64,000 bases of DNA from Candidatus Dormiibacterota bacterium (GTDB lineage: Bacteria; Chloroflexota; Dormibacteria; Aeolococcales; Bog-877): contig JBAPNX010000047.1 in assembly GCA_049279335.1 (NCBI GenBank), forward strand, positions 129,982 to 193,981. Reading direction: 5' to 3'. A program made the translations under genes and the position numbers. Each line of letters starts with the position of its first letter. Positions within the stretch are counted from its first letter, which is position 1. Below the pieces are notes generated by a model. That model was not told the DNA's origin and searched no databases. It was given only the letters and a program-made list of their open reading frames with translations. This document shows positions 17,622 through 27,179 of this stretch, piece by piece.

Positions 17622-20600
17622 ATGGATTTCAAGGCTCGTTTCGCTAGGTACCTGTCCGCTCTGCTTGTAGGCGGCCTGTTTGGCGCGATCACACTGATCT
17701 TGCCCAGCCAGATCGCGAGAGCCAGCGGAGGCACAGCCCTGCTTGCCGAGAGCTTTGCCAGCTCCACTGTCGGTAGCGCCTACTGGGAGACGGGGGGAAC
17801 CGCCTTCGCACCGTGCCTTACCGCTTCCACCAACACCAGCCAAGATCCGATACCCGGCTGCGGCACCGGCAAGGTGGGGCTGCCGTCGACGGGGGACACT
17901 GTTGGCAACGGCGCACTTCGCCTGACCGACAATCTCGGCGACGAATCGGGCTACATTCTTTACAACGAGCAACTGCCCACCCAGGCGGGTCTGGTGGTCA
18001 GCTTCGATCAGTATCAGTACGACGGAGACGGGGCTGACGGGATCTCATTCTTCCTCGCCAACGGCGCCTACAACCTCACCGCCCCGGGAGCTGTTGGAGG
18101 GTACCTGGGCTACGCCGGTGGAGACAATGGGATCGGGAATGCCAACGGCGTGGCGAACGGGTTGTTCGGGATCGGGCTTGACGCTTACGGTAACTACTCC
18201 AACTTCAACAACCCCGGCTGCAGTTACACCGGCATCCCCGACTTCACCCCGAATCAGATCGGCGTTCGCGGCCCCGGCAGCGGAAAGGCCAACTACTGCT
18301 GGCTCGGCGGCACCGGTGCACTCTCGACACCGCTCCATGTAGACAGCGCTACCAGCCGCACTGCTGCCGGTGTCGAGGTCGCGGTGCAAATCACGGTCGA
18401 CCCTCCATCGGGGGGTGACCCGGAGATCCACGTCTCCATCAACGGCAGCAACGTCCTGAACGTGCCGGAGCCTCCCGACCTGCCGTCTACTTTCAAGTTT
18501 GGTTTCGCCGCCTCATCGGGTGGCTCAAACGACATCCACGAAATAAACAACCTCAGCGTCGCCACCGCGGGTCCGCTCACCCCGTCCTGGGACTTGACTG
18601 GAACCACCTCCGGCATGTTCACCGCCGGTAGCACTCCGGACTACATCTACACCGTCACTCCCGATTCGTCCTGGGGCCCAGGAGTTGACCCGGTGACCCT
18701 GACCGACACCCTGGAGGACGGTGCAACGGTCGCCAGTCTGCCCACTGGCACTGGCTGGAACTGCGCCGCCACGGTCGTCGGGTCGACCACCGCAACATGC
18801 ACCTACACGATCACGGGTACCCAGACTCCTGGTGTACCCCTGCCCAATCTGACGGTACCGGCGCAGTTACCGACGACGTCGGGGGAGACCGTGGTTAGCA
18901 CCGCAAGCGTCACCTCGCCAGATAACTACCCTGCGGATACGTCCGACTCTGTAACCATCACCGAGCTGGTGAGACCTGCCAGCAGCGGCGTCACGGCGAC
19001 CATCCCCCTCAACACCGAATATCAAGAAGCGGTACCAGCGCCGGTAGGCTCGGGCCCCTTCACTTACAGCTTGACGTCCTCTCCATCGAGCGCATTTGGC
19101 AGCGCCAGTATCAACAGTTCAGGCATCCTGACCTTCACTCCCGGTACCAACGTCAGCGGCTTGGTTCCGACCTTCGACTATCAAGTCACCGACGCTGGAG
19201 GCACCAGCTCAGCTCCCAGTCCAATCAATATCACGGTGACGCCGACCGCCTATCCCCTGACTATCTCGCAAGATGGTCCGGGGCCATTGGTGAAGGCACC
19301 TACGGCAGCTCTGGGAAGCGCTCCGTTCACCTACGCATTGGTACTGGGCTCTTTGCCCTCCTCGACCTACGGGGTCGCCAGCATCAACCCCGCCAACGGC
19401 ACCATAACCTTCATGCCAGCCGCCGGATTCCTGGGCACCGTGCCGACGTTCTACTACATCGCCACCGACACCTACGGCGCGGTATCGGCAGAGGAGCCCG
19501 TCAATGTGACAGTCCTAGAGCCGCCCGGTCCGGGTGGGCTGAGTCCCCTCAATCTCACTACTGACGCCAACACCAACGTCACCTTCACCCCCAGTTCTCC
19601 CGGGGGGACTCCGCCCCTAGTTTGGCAGCTGCTGGACACACCGTCGACTGCATATGGGACGGCCCTGATCAACTCCGCCACCGGTGAGATCTCATTCGCA
19701 CCGGCAGTCAATTTCAGCGGCAGTGTGCCAGCCTTTCAGTATCAGGCCACTGATCAGTATGGTCAGACCGACTTCGCCGATGTAAACGTCGTCGTGCTGC
19801 CCACTACCGGTGCCCTTGGAGTCACTGGCAATGGTCCCGGACCGTTGCACACAGCGGCACCAGACACGATCGGTAGCGCGCCATTCACGTATCAGCTCGC
19901 CACCACACCCCCGGCACACGTCGGCACGGCATCCATCGATCGGACCACCGGGGTCGTGACCTTCACCCCGGTTTCCGGATTCCTCGGCGCCGTGCCGACG
20001 TTCTACTACACCGCGACCGATGCCTACGGCATCACGTCTCCCCAGGCGGCTGTCACCGTCGTGGTCACCGAGCCGGCGGCGCCAACCGCTGACGACCTGG
20101 ACGAGTCGACCTTTGTCGACGCCAACACCAGCGCCCCCTTGATCGTCACCTCTGGGACTGCGCCCTTCGTCTTTGGCCTGAGCAGCGCACCATCCCCCGT
20201 CTGGGGATCGGCGGCGGTTGACTCACTGACCGGGCTCGTCACCTTCATCCCTGCCCACGGCGTGAGCGGATTGGTTCCTCCCTTCGATGCGACCGTCACC
20301 GACCAGTACGGGCAGACGGCCACGGTTGTGGTGAGCGTGACCGTACGCCCCGTCATCGCGCCGATATCCGCGTCCGGCAGCGGGCCTGCGGCGATCCAGG
20401 TGACGCCTGGCACCCCGCTAGGGAGTGGCCCGTTCACCTACTCTCTGGTGGACCCCCCTGGCAGTGTGTATGGCGCCACCACGATCAACCCCACCACCGG
20501 GAAGATCGTCTTCGCTCCGACGAGCGGCTTCAAGGGGGCGGTGCCGATCTTTGACTACCAAGTCACAGATGGGAATGGTGTGCTGTCCGCGCCGGCAGCC

Positions 20601-20753
20601 GTTTATCTGAGGGTAGCTGAGGTGCTGGCGGCCTCCACCCCAGTCACCGGGGCTGATATCGAGGGGTCAGGCTTCGCCGGTCTCCTCGCCATCCTCGGGG
20701 GCGGCCTGCTGTTCTTGGCCGGGTGTAGGTTGCGCTGGGCCCGTCCGCGCTGA
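17622..20753 (+). CDS. Large cell-surface protein: signal peptide, bacterial L-type (legume-like) lectin domain, DUF11-like domain, six tandem ~92-aa Ig-like ('tandem-95'-type) repeats, C-terminal TM anchor with basic tail
   Basis: N-terminal 'MDFKARFARYLSALLVGGLFGAITLILPSQIARA'. The lectin-like region is about 130-350 aa (ORF numbering). Repeats carry a conserved 'SAPFTY...YG.A.IN..TG.ITF.P..GF.G.VP.F.Y.ATD.YG'. C-terminus 'GFAGLLAILGGGLLFLAGCRLRWARPR' lacks LPXTG and PEP motifs. Confidence 0.75.
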   Translation: MDFKARFARYLSALLVGGLFGAITLILPSQIARASGGTALLAESFASSTVGSAYWETGGTAFAPCLTASTNTSQDPIPGCGTGKVGLPSTGDTVGNGALRLTDNLGDESGYILYNEQLPTQAGLVVSFDQYQYDGDGADGISFFLANGAYNLTAPGAVGGYLGYAGGDNGIGNANGVANGLFGIGLDAYGNYSNFNNPGCSYTGIPDFTPNQIGVRGPGSGKANYCWLGGTGALSTPLHVDSATSRTAAGVEVAVQITVDPPSGGDPEIHVSINGSNVLNVPEPPDLPSTFKFGFAASSGGSNDIHEINNLSVATAGPLTPSWDLTGTTSGMFTAGSTPDYIYTVTPDSSWGPGVDPVTLTDTLEDGATVASLPTGTGWNCAATVVGSTTATCTYTITGTQTPGVPLPNLTVPAQLPTTSGETVVSTASVTSPDNYPADTSDSVTITELVRPASSGVTATIPLNTEYQEAVPAPVGSGPFTYSLTSSPSSAFGSASINSSGILTFTPGTNVSGLVPTFDYQVTDAGGTSSAPSPINITVTPTAYPLTISQDGPGPLVKAPTAALGSAPFTYALVLGSLPSSTYGVASINPANGTITFMPAAGFLGTVPTFYYIATDTYGAVSAEEPVNVTVLEPPGPGGLSPLNLTTDANTNVTFTPSSPGGTPPLVWQLLDTPSTAYGTALINSATGEISFAPAVNFSGSVPAFQYQATDQYGQTDFADVNVVVLPTTGALGVTGNGPGPLHTAAPDTIGSAPFTYQLATTPPAHVGTASIDRTTGVVTFTPVSGFLGAVPTFYYTATDAYGITSPQAAVTVVVTEPAAPTADDLDESTFVDANTSAPLIVTSGTAPFVFGLSSAPSPVWGSAAVDSLTGLVTFIPAHGVSGLVPPFDATVTDQYGQTATVVVSVTVRPVIAPISASGSGPAAIQVTPGTPLGSGPFTYSLVDPPGSVYGATTINPTTGKIVFAPTSGFKGAVPIFDYQVTDGNGVLSAPAAVYLRVAEVLAASTPVTGADIEGSGFAGLLAILGGGLLFLAGCRLRWARPR
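18969..20618 (+). repeat. Six tandem in-frame ~275-bp (about 92-aa) coding repeats inside the surface-protein gene
   Basis: Repeat units start at about aa 486, 578, 669, 764, 853 and 946 of the ORF. The recurring motifs are 'GSAPFTY', 'TGxITFxP' and 'VPTFxYxATDxYG'. Confidence 0.7.
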
Positions 20754-20852
20754 AGCCAGTTTCGTTCGCCACCCCCTCTCGTCCTCTCACAGTGCCCTAG
20801 CTCGAACGGGGTGGCTCCCGGTCCAACCTAGCCGGCCAGGGGTGGAGGGGGA

Positions 20853-21656
20853 TCAAGAGATAGCGTGGCCGAAAGAGCGGGCGGCAAACCAGACGGCGAC
20901 CGCCGCGAGCACCGCCATCATGGCCACACCTTGGTAAACGTTGGGGTTGCCGAGGTGCCCCAGGAAGACCGCCCGATTGGCGGCGACTGCGTGGGATAGC
21001 GGGTTGAGGGTCGAGATGGTGCGCAGCCAACTGGGTGCCAGACTCATGGGGAGGAGCACCCCTGATAGGAGAAGCAGCGGTAGGCTGGCGGTGAAGATGA
21101 TGGGGGCGAACGAGTTCTCGTCCTTGAGGACGAGTGCCAGCGCGTACGAGATTGAGGCGACCAATAACCCAATCATGGCAACCAGGCCGAGCGCGATAAG
21201 TACCCCGAAGGGCCTGAAGCTGAGACCGAATGGAAGAGCCAGCGCCACCAGGATCAGGGACTGAACCAAGAGCGTTAAGACGTCTCGGAGAGCGCGTCCC
21301 AGCAGCAACGACAGCCGACTCACCGGGGTCACCCGGAGTCGCTCGACCACGCCCAACCGTAGCTCCGAGATGAGGCTGAAGCCCACGCCAGCAGCTCCGA
21401 ATAGGCCTAACTGGATAAGCAGGCCGGGCACGAAGACGTTGTAGGCACCGCCCTGAGGGAAGCCAGGCACGCGCGCGATCGACTTCAAGAGGGGCGCGAA
21501 GAGCAGCAGGTAGAGTGCCGGCTGGATCACCCCCACCGCCACCCAGGCTGGGTTGTGGATGAATATTCCGAAGTAGCGCTGGAAGACCAGCCAGGTGTCG
21601 CGGGCCAACTTCACGGGACTGTCTCCTTGGTCCTGGCTACGCCGGTCCGGACTCAC
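20853..21656 (-). CDS. ABC-2 type transporter permease
   Basis: Six TM helices, ABC-2 family pattern. 20-nt overlap with the upstream ATPase gene. Confidence 0.75.
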   Translation of the reverse strand: MSPDRRSQDQGDSPVKLARDTWLVFQRYFGIFIHNPAWVAVGVIQPALYLLLFAPLLKSIARVPGFPQGGAYNVFVPGLLIQLGLFGAAGVGFSLISELRLGVVERLRVTPVSRLSLLLGRALRDVLTLLVQSLILVALALPFGLSFRPFGVLIALGLVAMIGLLVASISYALALVLKDENSFAPIIFTASLPLLLLSGVLLPMSLAPSWLRTISTLNPLSHAVAANRAVFLGHLGNPNVYQGVAMMAVLAAVAVWFAARSFGHAIS

Positions 21657-22617
21657 GCAGCGAGCGGCCGGTCTGCAGAAGGAAGACGTCGTCGAGGCTG
21701 GGCCGGCTCAGCGCAACCGTGGTCAGCCCCAACCCCGCGGCATCCAGCAAGCGCAGGATGTCCGGGGTCGCCGTCTCGCCACGGTCCACGTAGAGGCGCA
21801 GGGCCGAACCGTCAATCGAGGCTTCCCGGACGAAGGGCTGGAGTTGGAGGAGCCTCAGGGCGGCCTCAGCGTCGCCGGTGACCTCGACCGTGACCAGGTC
21901 CCCGGCCACTTCCCGTTTGAGCTCATTCGGGGTCCCCTCGGCCACTATCTTGCCGTGGTCGATGATGGCCAGCCGGTCGCAAAGGACATCGGCCTCCTCG
22001 AGATAGTGGGTGGTCAGGAATACGGTAGTGCCCCGCTCACGGAGGCTACGGACCTCCTCCCACATCCGAGCCCGGCTTTGCGGATCCAGCCCGGTAGTTG
22101 GCTCATCCAGGAAAAGCAGCAAGGGGCGGTGGGCAAGTCCGACCCCGATGTCGAGTCGGCGCCGCTGGCCACCGGAGTAAGTCGACACCTTGCGATCCGA
22201 GCACGACTCCAGCTCAAGCGTCTCGATTAGCTCCTCCGCCCGCGCGCGCGCCTCTGCCCCGCTCATGCCGTAGAGGCGGCCCTCGAACGTCAGCTCACTG
22301 CGGCCGGTAACCTCGAGGTCGACTCCCCCGCGCTGGCCGACGTATCCGATCAGCCGCCGCACTTCGCCGGGTTGGCGCCGCAGATCCTTCCCCGCCACCG
22401 TGGCCTCCCCGGAGGTGGGAGGAAGCAGGGTGGCGAGCATTCTCAGGGTCGTGGTCTTGCCGGCTCCGTTGGGGCCGAGGAAGCCGAAGATCTCGCCGGT
22501 GTACACCTCGAGGTCGATGCCGGCAACCGCCTCCACCGTGGATTTACGCGACTTGAAGACGCGACGCAGCTGGTGGGCGCTGATCACGGCTTGCCGCCCC
22601 TGGGGAAGTTCGTTCAT
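21637..22617 (-). CDS. ABC transporter ATP-binding protein (DrrA/daunorubicin-resistance-like, ABC-2 exporter)
   Basis: Walker A 'GPNGAGKTT', signature 'YSGGQRRRL', Walker B 'LLFLDEPTTGLD', plus a C-terminal DrrA-like extension. Confidence 0.85.
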   Translation of the reverse strand: MNELPQGRQAVISAHQLRRVFKSRKSTVEAVAGIDLEVYTGEIFGFLGPNGAGKTTTLRMLATLLPPTSGEATVAGKDLRRQPGEVRRLIGYVGQRGGVDLEVTGRSELTFEGRLYGMSGAEARARAEELIETLELESCSDRKVSTYSGGQRRRLDIGVGLAHRPLLLFLDEPTTGLDPQSRARMWEEVRSLRERGTTVFLTTHYLEEADVLCDRLAIIDHGKIVAEGTPNELKREVAGDLVTVEVTGDAEAALRLLQLQPFVREASIDGSALRLYVDRGETATPDILRLLDAAGLGLTTVALSRPSLDDVFLLQTGRSLRESGPA

Positions 22618-22750
22618 TTGACCCTTCTAAGCCGCGCCGGCTCCTGTGCCTCCGCCTGGGTCAGCACGTTGGCCTGGGTACAGTGGGTGCCCCTCACCAC
22701 CTCACGACTTCGGTGCTGAGCTCTCCGAGCGGCTGCGGAGGAGACGGCGC

Positions 22751-22912
22751 TCACAGCGCGGCCCCATCGCCGCTTAGCCACATCAGAACCGCGGTTCGCG
22801 ATAAGCGCCACTCCTGGCCGAGCCGGCGCGCAGGTTGCGCGCCTGTAGCAGGCAGCGTTCGAATCTCCTCAGGCCCAACTCGCAGCAGGTCGGCGGTCTC
22901 CTCCAGAGTCAT
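22751..22912 (-). CDS. Small excisionase-family helix-turn-helix DNA-binding protein (HTH_17-like), about 53 aa
   Basis: 'MTLEETADLLRVGPEEIRTL...PARRLGQEWRLSRTAVLMWL' fits the Xis/MerR-like HTH_17 pattern (LT..EaA.lLgvs..tv..l...G.lPa.riG.rwri....l..wl). About 30 % of codons end in A/T, which is atypical for this genome. Confidence 0.4.
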   Translation of the reverse strand: MTLEETADLLRVGPEEIRTLPATGAQPARRLGQEWRLSRTAVLMWLSGDGAAL

Positions 22913-23023
22913 GCCCTCGCTGGTCGGCCATGGCGCTGGCGACGCGCCCCCAGCACTGCTCCGCAAGCCCAGCACCAGTGACCCAAGCCTCCCGGTTTCC
23001 GCGAGCCCCGGCGGGGCAATGCC

Positions 23024-24199
23024 TCAGCTGACGAGGGCGCCAGCGGTGCCCGCCAGCAGCTTGAGATCGTCCAGGGTGTGATGCTCAATCGGACGCTTGG
23101 TATGGCGTTCTATGTCCCGAATCTTGAGGATCTCGATCGGCGTTATCAGGGTCAGGGCGACGCCGTCGCGGCCGGCGCGCGCCGTCCGCCCCACGCGGTG
23201 GACGTAGTCCTCGGGAGTGGCGGGGATGTCGTAGTTGATCACGTGGCTGATGTCATCGATGTCAAGACCTCGGGCGGCGACGTCGGTGGCGATCAGGAAA
23301 CGAACCTTTGAGCCGCGGAAGCGTTCCAGGGCCTGGTCGCGCTCGCGCTGGGAAAGATCGCCGTGGATTACGGTGACGTCGTAGCCTCGGCCCAGCAGTG
23401 CGGTGTGGAGGTGGTCAGCGCTGCGCTTGGTGTTGGTGAATATCAACCCCAGGGTGACCAGGGGACTGTCCATCAGCATCCCCAGTGCCTCTTCCTTCTC
23501 CGACCAGGAGCACTCGATGCACCACTGACGCACGGTCGGGACCAGTTCGGTACGGCCGCTGACCGAGATGGTTTCCGGGTTGCGCATGTGGCGCGCGGCC
23601 AAGCGGTGGACCCACTCTGGCACCGTGGCCGAGAAGAGCATGGTCTGGCGCTCCTTGGCTGCCTGGAGAAGGATTTTCTCCACGTCGGGTGCGAAGCCCA
23701 TGTCCAGCATTCGATCGGCCTCATCAAGCACCGCAAAGCGAACGCCGCGCAACGACAGGCTGCGGCGCTGAAGGTGGTCGAGGACCCGCCCCGGGGTTCC
23801 TACCACTACAGCCGCGTGAGCGGTGAGGCCGTCAAGCTGGCGCCGAATGGGATCGCCGCCGACGACCGCGAGAATTTGGACCGGCCGGTTCTGCGCCAGT
23901 TTTTCGAACTCGGCAGTCACCTGGGCTGCCAGCTCGCGCGTGGGGCAGAGGATGAGCGCCTGAACATCGGTGGAGTTCGGATCGAGCCGTTCCAGGATGG
24001 GCACCGCGAAGGCCGCAGTCTTGCCGGAGCCGGTCCTAGCCTGGCCGATCAGATCCCGCCCTGAGAGGGCAACGGGCAGGGTCAGCGCTTGGATGGGAGT
24101 TGGGTCGGTGTAGCCAACCTCATCAAGGGTTCTCAGCATCGAGGCCGAGATCCCAAGCTCGGAGAAGCTGACGGCGGGGGCGGGATCCGGCTGGGGCAC
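23024..24199 (-). CDS. DEAD-box ATP-dependent RNA helicase
   Basis: Q-motif 'FSELGI...PTPIQ', Walker A 'GSGKT', 'DEAD' box ('VLDEADRMLDMGF'), SAT and HRIGRTGR-like motifs. The start is moved to an in-frame GTG because the first 33 codons of the long ORF have poor codon usage. Confidence 0.85.
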   Translation of the reverse strand: MPQPDPAPAVSFSELGISASMLRTLDEVGYTDPTPIQALTLPVALSGRDLIGQARTGSGKTAAFAVPILERLDPNSTDVQALILCPTRELAAQVTAEFEKLAQNRPVQILAVVGGDPIRRQLDGLTAHAAVVVGTPGRVLDHLQRRSLSLRGVRFAVLDEADRMLDMGFAPDVEKILLQAAKERQTMLFSATVPEWVHRLAARHMRNPETISVSGRTELVPTVRQWCIECSWSEKEEALGMLMDSPLVTLGLIFTNTKRSADHLHTALLGRGYDVTVIHGDLSQRERDQALERFRGSKVRFLIATDVAARGLDIDDISHVINYDIPATPEDYVHRVGRTARAGRDGVALTLITPIEILKIRDIERHTKRPIEHHTLDDLKLLAGTAGALVS

Positions 24200-24343
24200 C
24201 TCATCGGGGGCCCGGTAAACGGTGCGATGGGTAGGCCGGAAGGGACGTCTAGAGCGAATTGGCAACGAGTTCAATATACCCCATATCACCGAGACCAACC
24301 CCGGAGGCTGACTCGACCAGCCATCCGCGACAATGCCCTGAGA

Positions 24344-25192
24344 GTGCCGAAACTACTGATCTCCGACCTCGACGGCACCCTGCTCGACGAGCGGCTGACA
24401 ATCGATCCCCGTGATGCAGCGGCGGCCCAAGTCGCCCGGGAAGCCGGGATGCGGGTTGGGGTCGCCACCGGCCGCATGTACAGGTCAGGGTTGCCCCACG
24501 CCCTTGCCTTGGGGGCAGACCTGCCCCTTATCTGCTATCAGGGCGCACTGATCAAGGAACTGGCGTCCACTGACGCTCCGGAAGGTCAGCACCGAGATCC
24601 TGCGGTGCTGTTCAGTCGGGATGTGCCCGCCGCGCTCGGTTTGGAGGTACTCGATTTGTGCCGCCGCCGCGGCTACGCCCTCAACGTCTACCGGGATGAC
24701 CACCTTTACGTCGACGCGGTGACCTCGGATGTGCTCTTCTACACCGGCATCGCTCAAATCGAGGCGGAGGTCGCCACCAACCCGCCGCTGGAGGAGCTGA
24801 TCCGCGGGGGCAGCACCAAGCTCACGGCGGTCTCCGCGGACGTGGGAAGGTTCCAGGTCGCCCTCGCGGAGCTTCGCCAGCTGATCGGGGATCGCGCCGA
24901 GGTGACCAGGTCACTGGTGGGGTTTTGCGAGATCACCGCCCGCGGTGTTGACAAGGGCCACGCCCTCCGTTGGCTCTGTCGCTACCTGGAGGTCGATCCC
25001 TTGGACGTGGTGGCGGTTGGGGATGCGCCTAACGATATCCCCCTTCTGAAAGCGGCCGGGACCAAAGTGGCAGTGGAGACCGCGGCAGCCGAGGTGAGGG
25101 CCATCGCTGACTGGCTGGTCCCCGGCCCGGGCCATGGCGGTCTGGAAGAGGTGGTGCGCCGGGTCCTGCTGGCCCCGGCTGAGTCCAGATGA
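24344..25192 (+). CDS. Cof-type HAD-IIB family hydrolase
   Basis: 'LLISDLDGTLL' (motif I DxDGT), an internal cap, and C-terminal 'VAVGDAPNDIPLL' (motif IV). GTG start after the divergent helicase gene. Confidence 0.75.
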   Translation: MPKLLISDLDGTLLDERLTIDPRDAAAAQVAREAGMRVGVATGRMYRSGLPHALALGADLPLICYQGALIKELASTDAPEGQHRDPAVLFSRDVPAALGLEVLDLCRRRGYALNVYRDDHLYVDAVTSDVLFYTGIAQIEAEVATNPPLEELIRGGSTKLTAVSADVGRFQVALAELRQLIGDRAEVTRSLVGFCEITARGVDKGHALRWLCRYLEVDPLDVVAVGDAPNDIPLLKAAGTKVAVETAAAEVRAIADWLVPGPGHGGLEEVVRRVLLAPAESR

Positions 25193-25202
25193 GAGGCCGC
25201 GG

Positions 25203-26309
25203 TTGAGCCTCTCGGTCGGGATCGTCGGGCTGCCCAACGCCGGCAAGTCGACCCTCTTCAACGCGCTCACCAGAGCCCATGCCGCCGTTGGCGCGTTTCC
25301 ATTCACCACCATCGACCCCAACACCGGAGTGGTACCGGTTCCAGATGACCGGCTTCGACAGCTGGCAGAGGTGTTCCATCCGCCCAAGGTGATCCCGGCG
25401 ACGGTGACCTTCACCGACATCGCCGGCCTGGTCCGGGGTGCGCACCTGGGCGAGGGGCTGGGAAACCAGTTCCTGGGGCACGTCCGGGGGGCCGATGCCA
25501 TCGCCTTTGTTTTGCGGGCGTTCAGCGCCAGCGAGGTCGGGCACGTCGAGGGAGGCATAGATCCCCTTCGCGATCTCGAGATCCTGGAGCTGGAGCTAGC
25601 ATTGGCCGATCTGGGGACGGTCGACCGCCGCCTAGAGCGGGTGGGTAAAGTCGCCCGGGCCGGGGCCGCCGCGCGAGCGGTGCAGGCGGAGGCGTCAGGC
25701 CTGAAGAAAGTACGGGATGCTCTGGACCAGGGGACGCCAGCACGCCGCGTGGCCCTCAGCGAGGAGGAGGCGGTGGGCGTGGCGGAGGCTCAGCTTCTGA
25801 CCGCCAAGCCAGTGATCTTCGTCGCCAACGTCGACGAGGACGAGGTCGGCGACGAGCCCGCGACCGGCCTCGCTCTGCCGATCGCGAAGAGAGCCGAGGA
25901 GGAAGGCGCGGACTTCGTCGTGGTCTCCGCCAAGCTGGAGGCCGAGCTCTCGGAACTTGATCCCGCTGAGGCTGAGGAGTTCCTCCATGGGCTGGGTCTG
26001 ACGGAGGCCGGTCTCGGCCGTCTCAGCCGGGCTGGCTACCACGCTCTCCGTCTTCTCACCTTCTTCACGGCCGGGGAGAAGGAGGTCAAGGCCTGGACCG
26101 TCGCGCGGGGGGCCAACGCCAGGGACGCCGCCGGAGTGATCCACACCGATTTCGCCAAGGGGTTCATCCGCGCCGAGGTGTGTGGCTGGCAGGAGCTGGT
26201 GGCGGCAGGCAGCTACGCCGCCGTGAGAGAGCGGGGGCAGCGACGCTTGGAGGGGCGCGAGTATCTGGTCCAAGACGGGGACGTGGTGCACTTCCTCTTC
26301 AACGTCTAA
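25203..26309 (+). CDS. ychF: Ribosome-binding ATPase YchF (Obg-like GTPase family)
   Basis: 'VGIVGLPNAGKSTLFNALT', 'FPFTTIDPN', 'DIAGLVRGA' and a C-terminal TGS domain ('GFIRAEV'). The TTG start sits 11 nt after the HAD stop. Confidence 0.9.
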   Translation: MSLSVGIVGLPNAGKSTLFNALTRAHAAVGAFPFTTIDPNTGVVPVPDDRLRQLAEVFHPPKVIPATVTFTDIAGLVRGAHLGEGLGNQFLGHVRGADAIAFVLRAFSASEVGHVEGGIDPLRDLEILELELALADLGTVDRRLERVGKVARAGAAARAVQAEASGLKKVRDALDQGTPARRVALSEEEAVGVAEAQLLTAKPVIFVANVDEDEVGDEPATGLALPIAKRAEEEGADFVVVSAKLEAELSELDPAEAEEFLHGLGLTEAGLGRLSRAGYHALRLLTFFTAGEKEVKAWTVARGANARDAAGVIHTDFAKGFIRAEVCGWQELVAAGSYAAVRERGQRRLEGREYLVQDGDVVHFLFNV

Positions 26310-26968
26310 CCCCCGCCACCGCTTCCCTGGGCTCAGAAGCGATCGCCCGGGTGGGCCGGACCAATTGCTCACTTAGCGAAGTCGACTGCGAGCCTTGGCA
26401 AAATCGATGTCCCATGCCCCTTGCGGTCCACAACATTCTGTGGTTCAATTGCCTCCGGGCACAAGATGTGGCCCCACACACATCGCCCACGCAGGCAGTG
26501 GGCGCTGGCACCGCTTCGTCCCCTCCTTCGCCAAGCTGACCCCCACCCAGCCGGTGCTCGCTGCCTGCACTCCCTGGACGATCGGGATACGTGCCGGGCT
26601 TGGATACACTTGCCGCGCCCGACCCCGGAAGTTGTCCGGGCACCCAGTTCCCCGGAGTTCCATTGGCAAGACGACCCAAACGCAGAGTCTCCTCAAGTAC
26701 TCGCAGGCGGCAGTCCGGCCCTGCTCCAAGTCGGCAGCCGGTCCCGAATCGCCTGCCCGCCGAGGCTGAGGCAGGGGCTTCAGTTGGCCCCGAGGCCGCC
26801 CCCGCGCCTGCGCCCAGCTCAGATTCGCGGTCACTTCTGCCCCGCCGCGCTCCAGCCCCACCGGCCGCCGGCAACCGACCCCCTTCGCTGCCTCTAGGAG
26901 CTAACGCCGGCGCAGCGGCTCAGTCCGCGCCCGAGCCCACCGCTTCCTTCCTGCCCCGCCGCGACCGG

Positions 26969-27145
26969 GTGGCCGGCAGAGCCGAACGGCAGCGCCAGCA
27001 GGCGGCCAACTTGGTGCCGCTCGAAGAGGGGCCCGCCATACCCCTCGACCGCACCCCCTACTTGAGGCTGGACATCCGCCGGGTTCTCACGGTCTGCGCC
27101 TTCATGGTGGTGATGATGGTCGTGGGCTTCCTCATCCTCCACTAA
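26969..27145 (+). CDS. Short tail-anchored membrane protein (polar N-region, single C-terminal TM helix 'RRVLTVCAFMVVMMVVGFLILH')
   Basis: Strong third-position GC bias in the last ~60 codons of the 184-aa ORF. The N-terminal 120 codons have poor bias, so the real start is internal and its exact position is uncertain. It ends 35 nt before the ArsA-like gene. Confidence 0.3.
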   Translation: MAGRAERQRQQAANLVPLEEGPAIPLDRTPYLRLDIRRVLTVCAFMVVMMVVGFLILH

Positions 27146-27179
27146 AGGGGCGAATTCAGGCCTCCCTATACTCGCTGAG

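Noticed and set aside
18969-20618. Tandem repeats as a CRISPR or other non-coding array
   Set aside because: Units are about 275 bp, in-frame and protein-coding, with conserved amino-acid motifs. No short direct-repeat/spacer structure exists anywhere in the window.
22855-22868. GTTCGAATC T-loop-like motif, suggestive of a tRNA
   Set aside because: The flanking bases cannot form a T-stem or the rest of a cloverleaf on either strand. The motif simply encodes 'EIRT' within the small HTH ORF.
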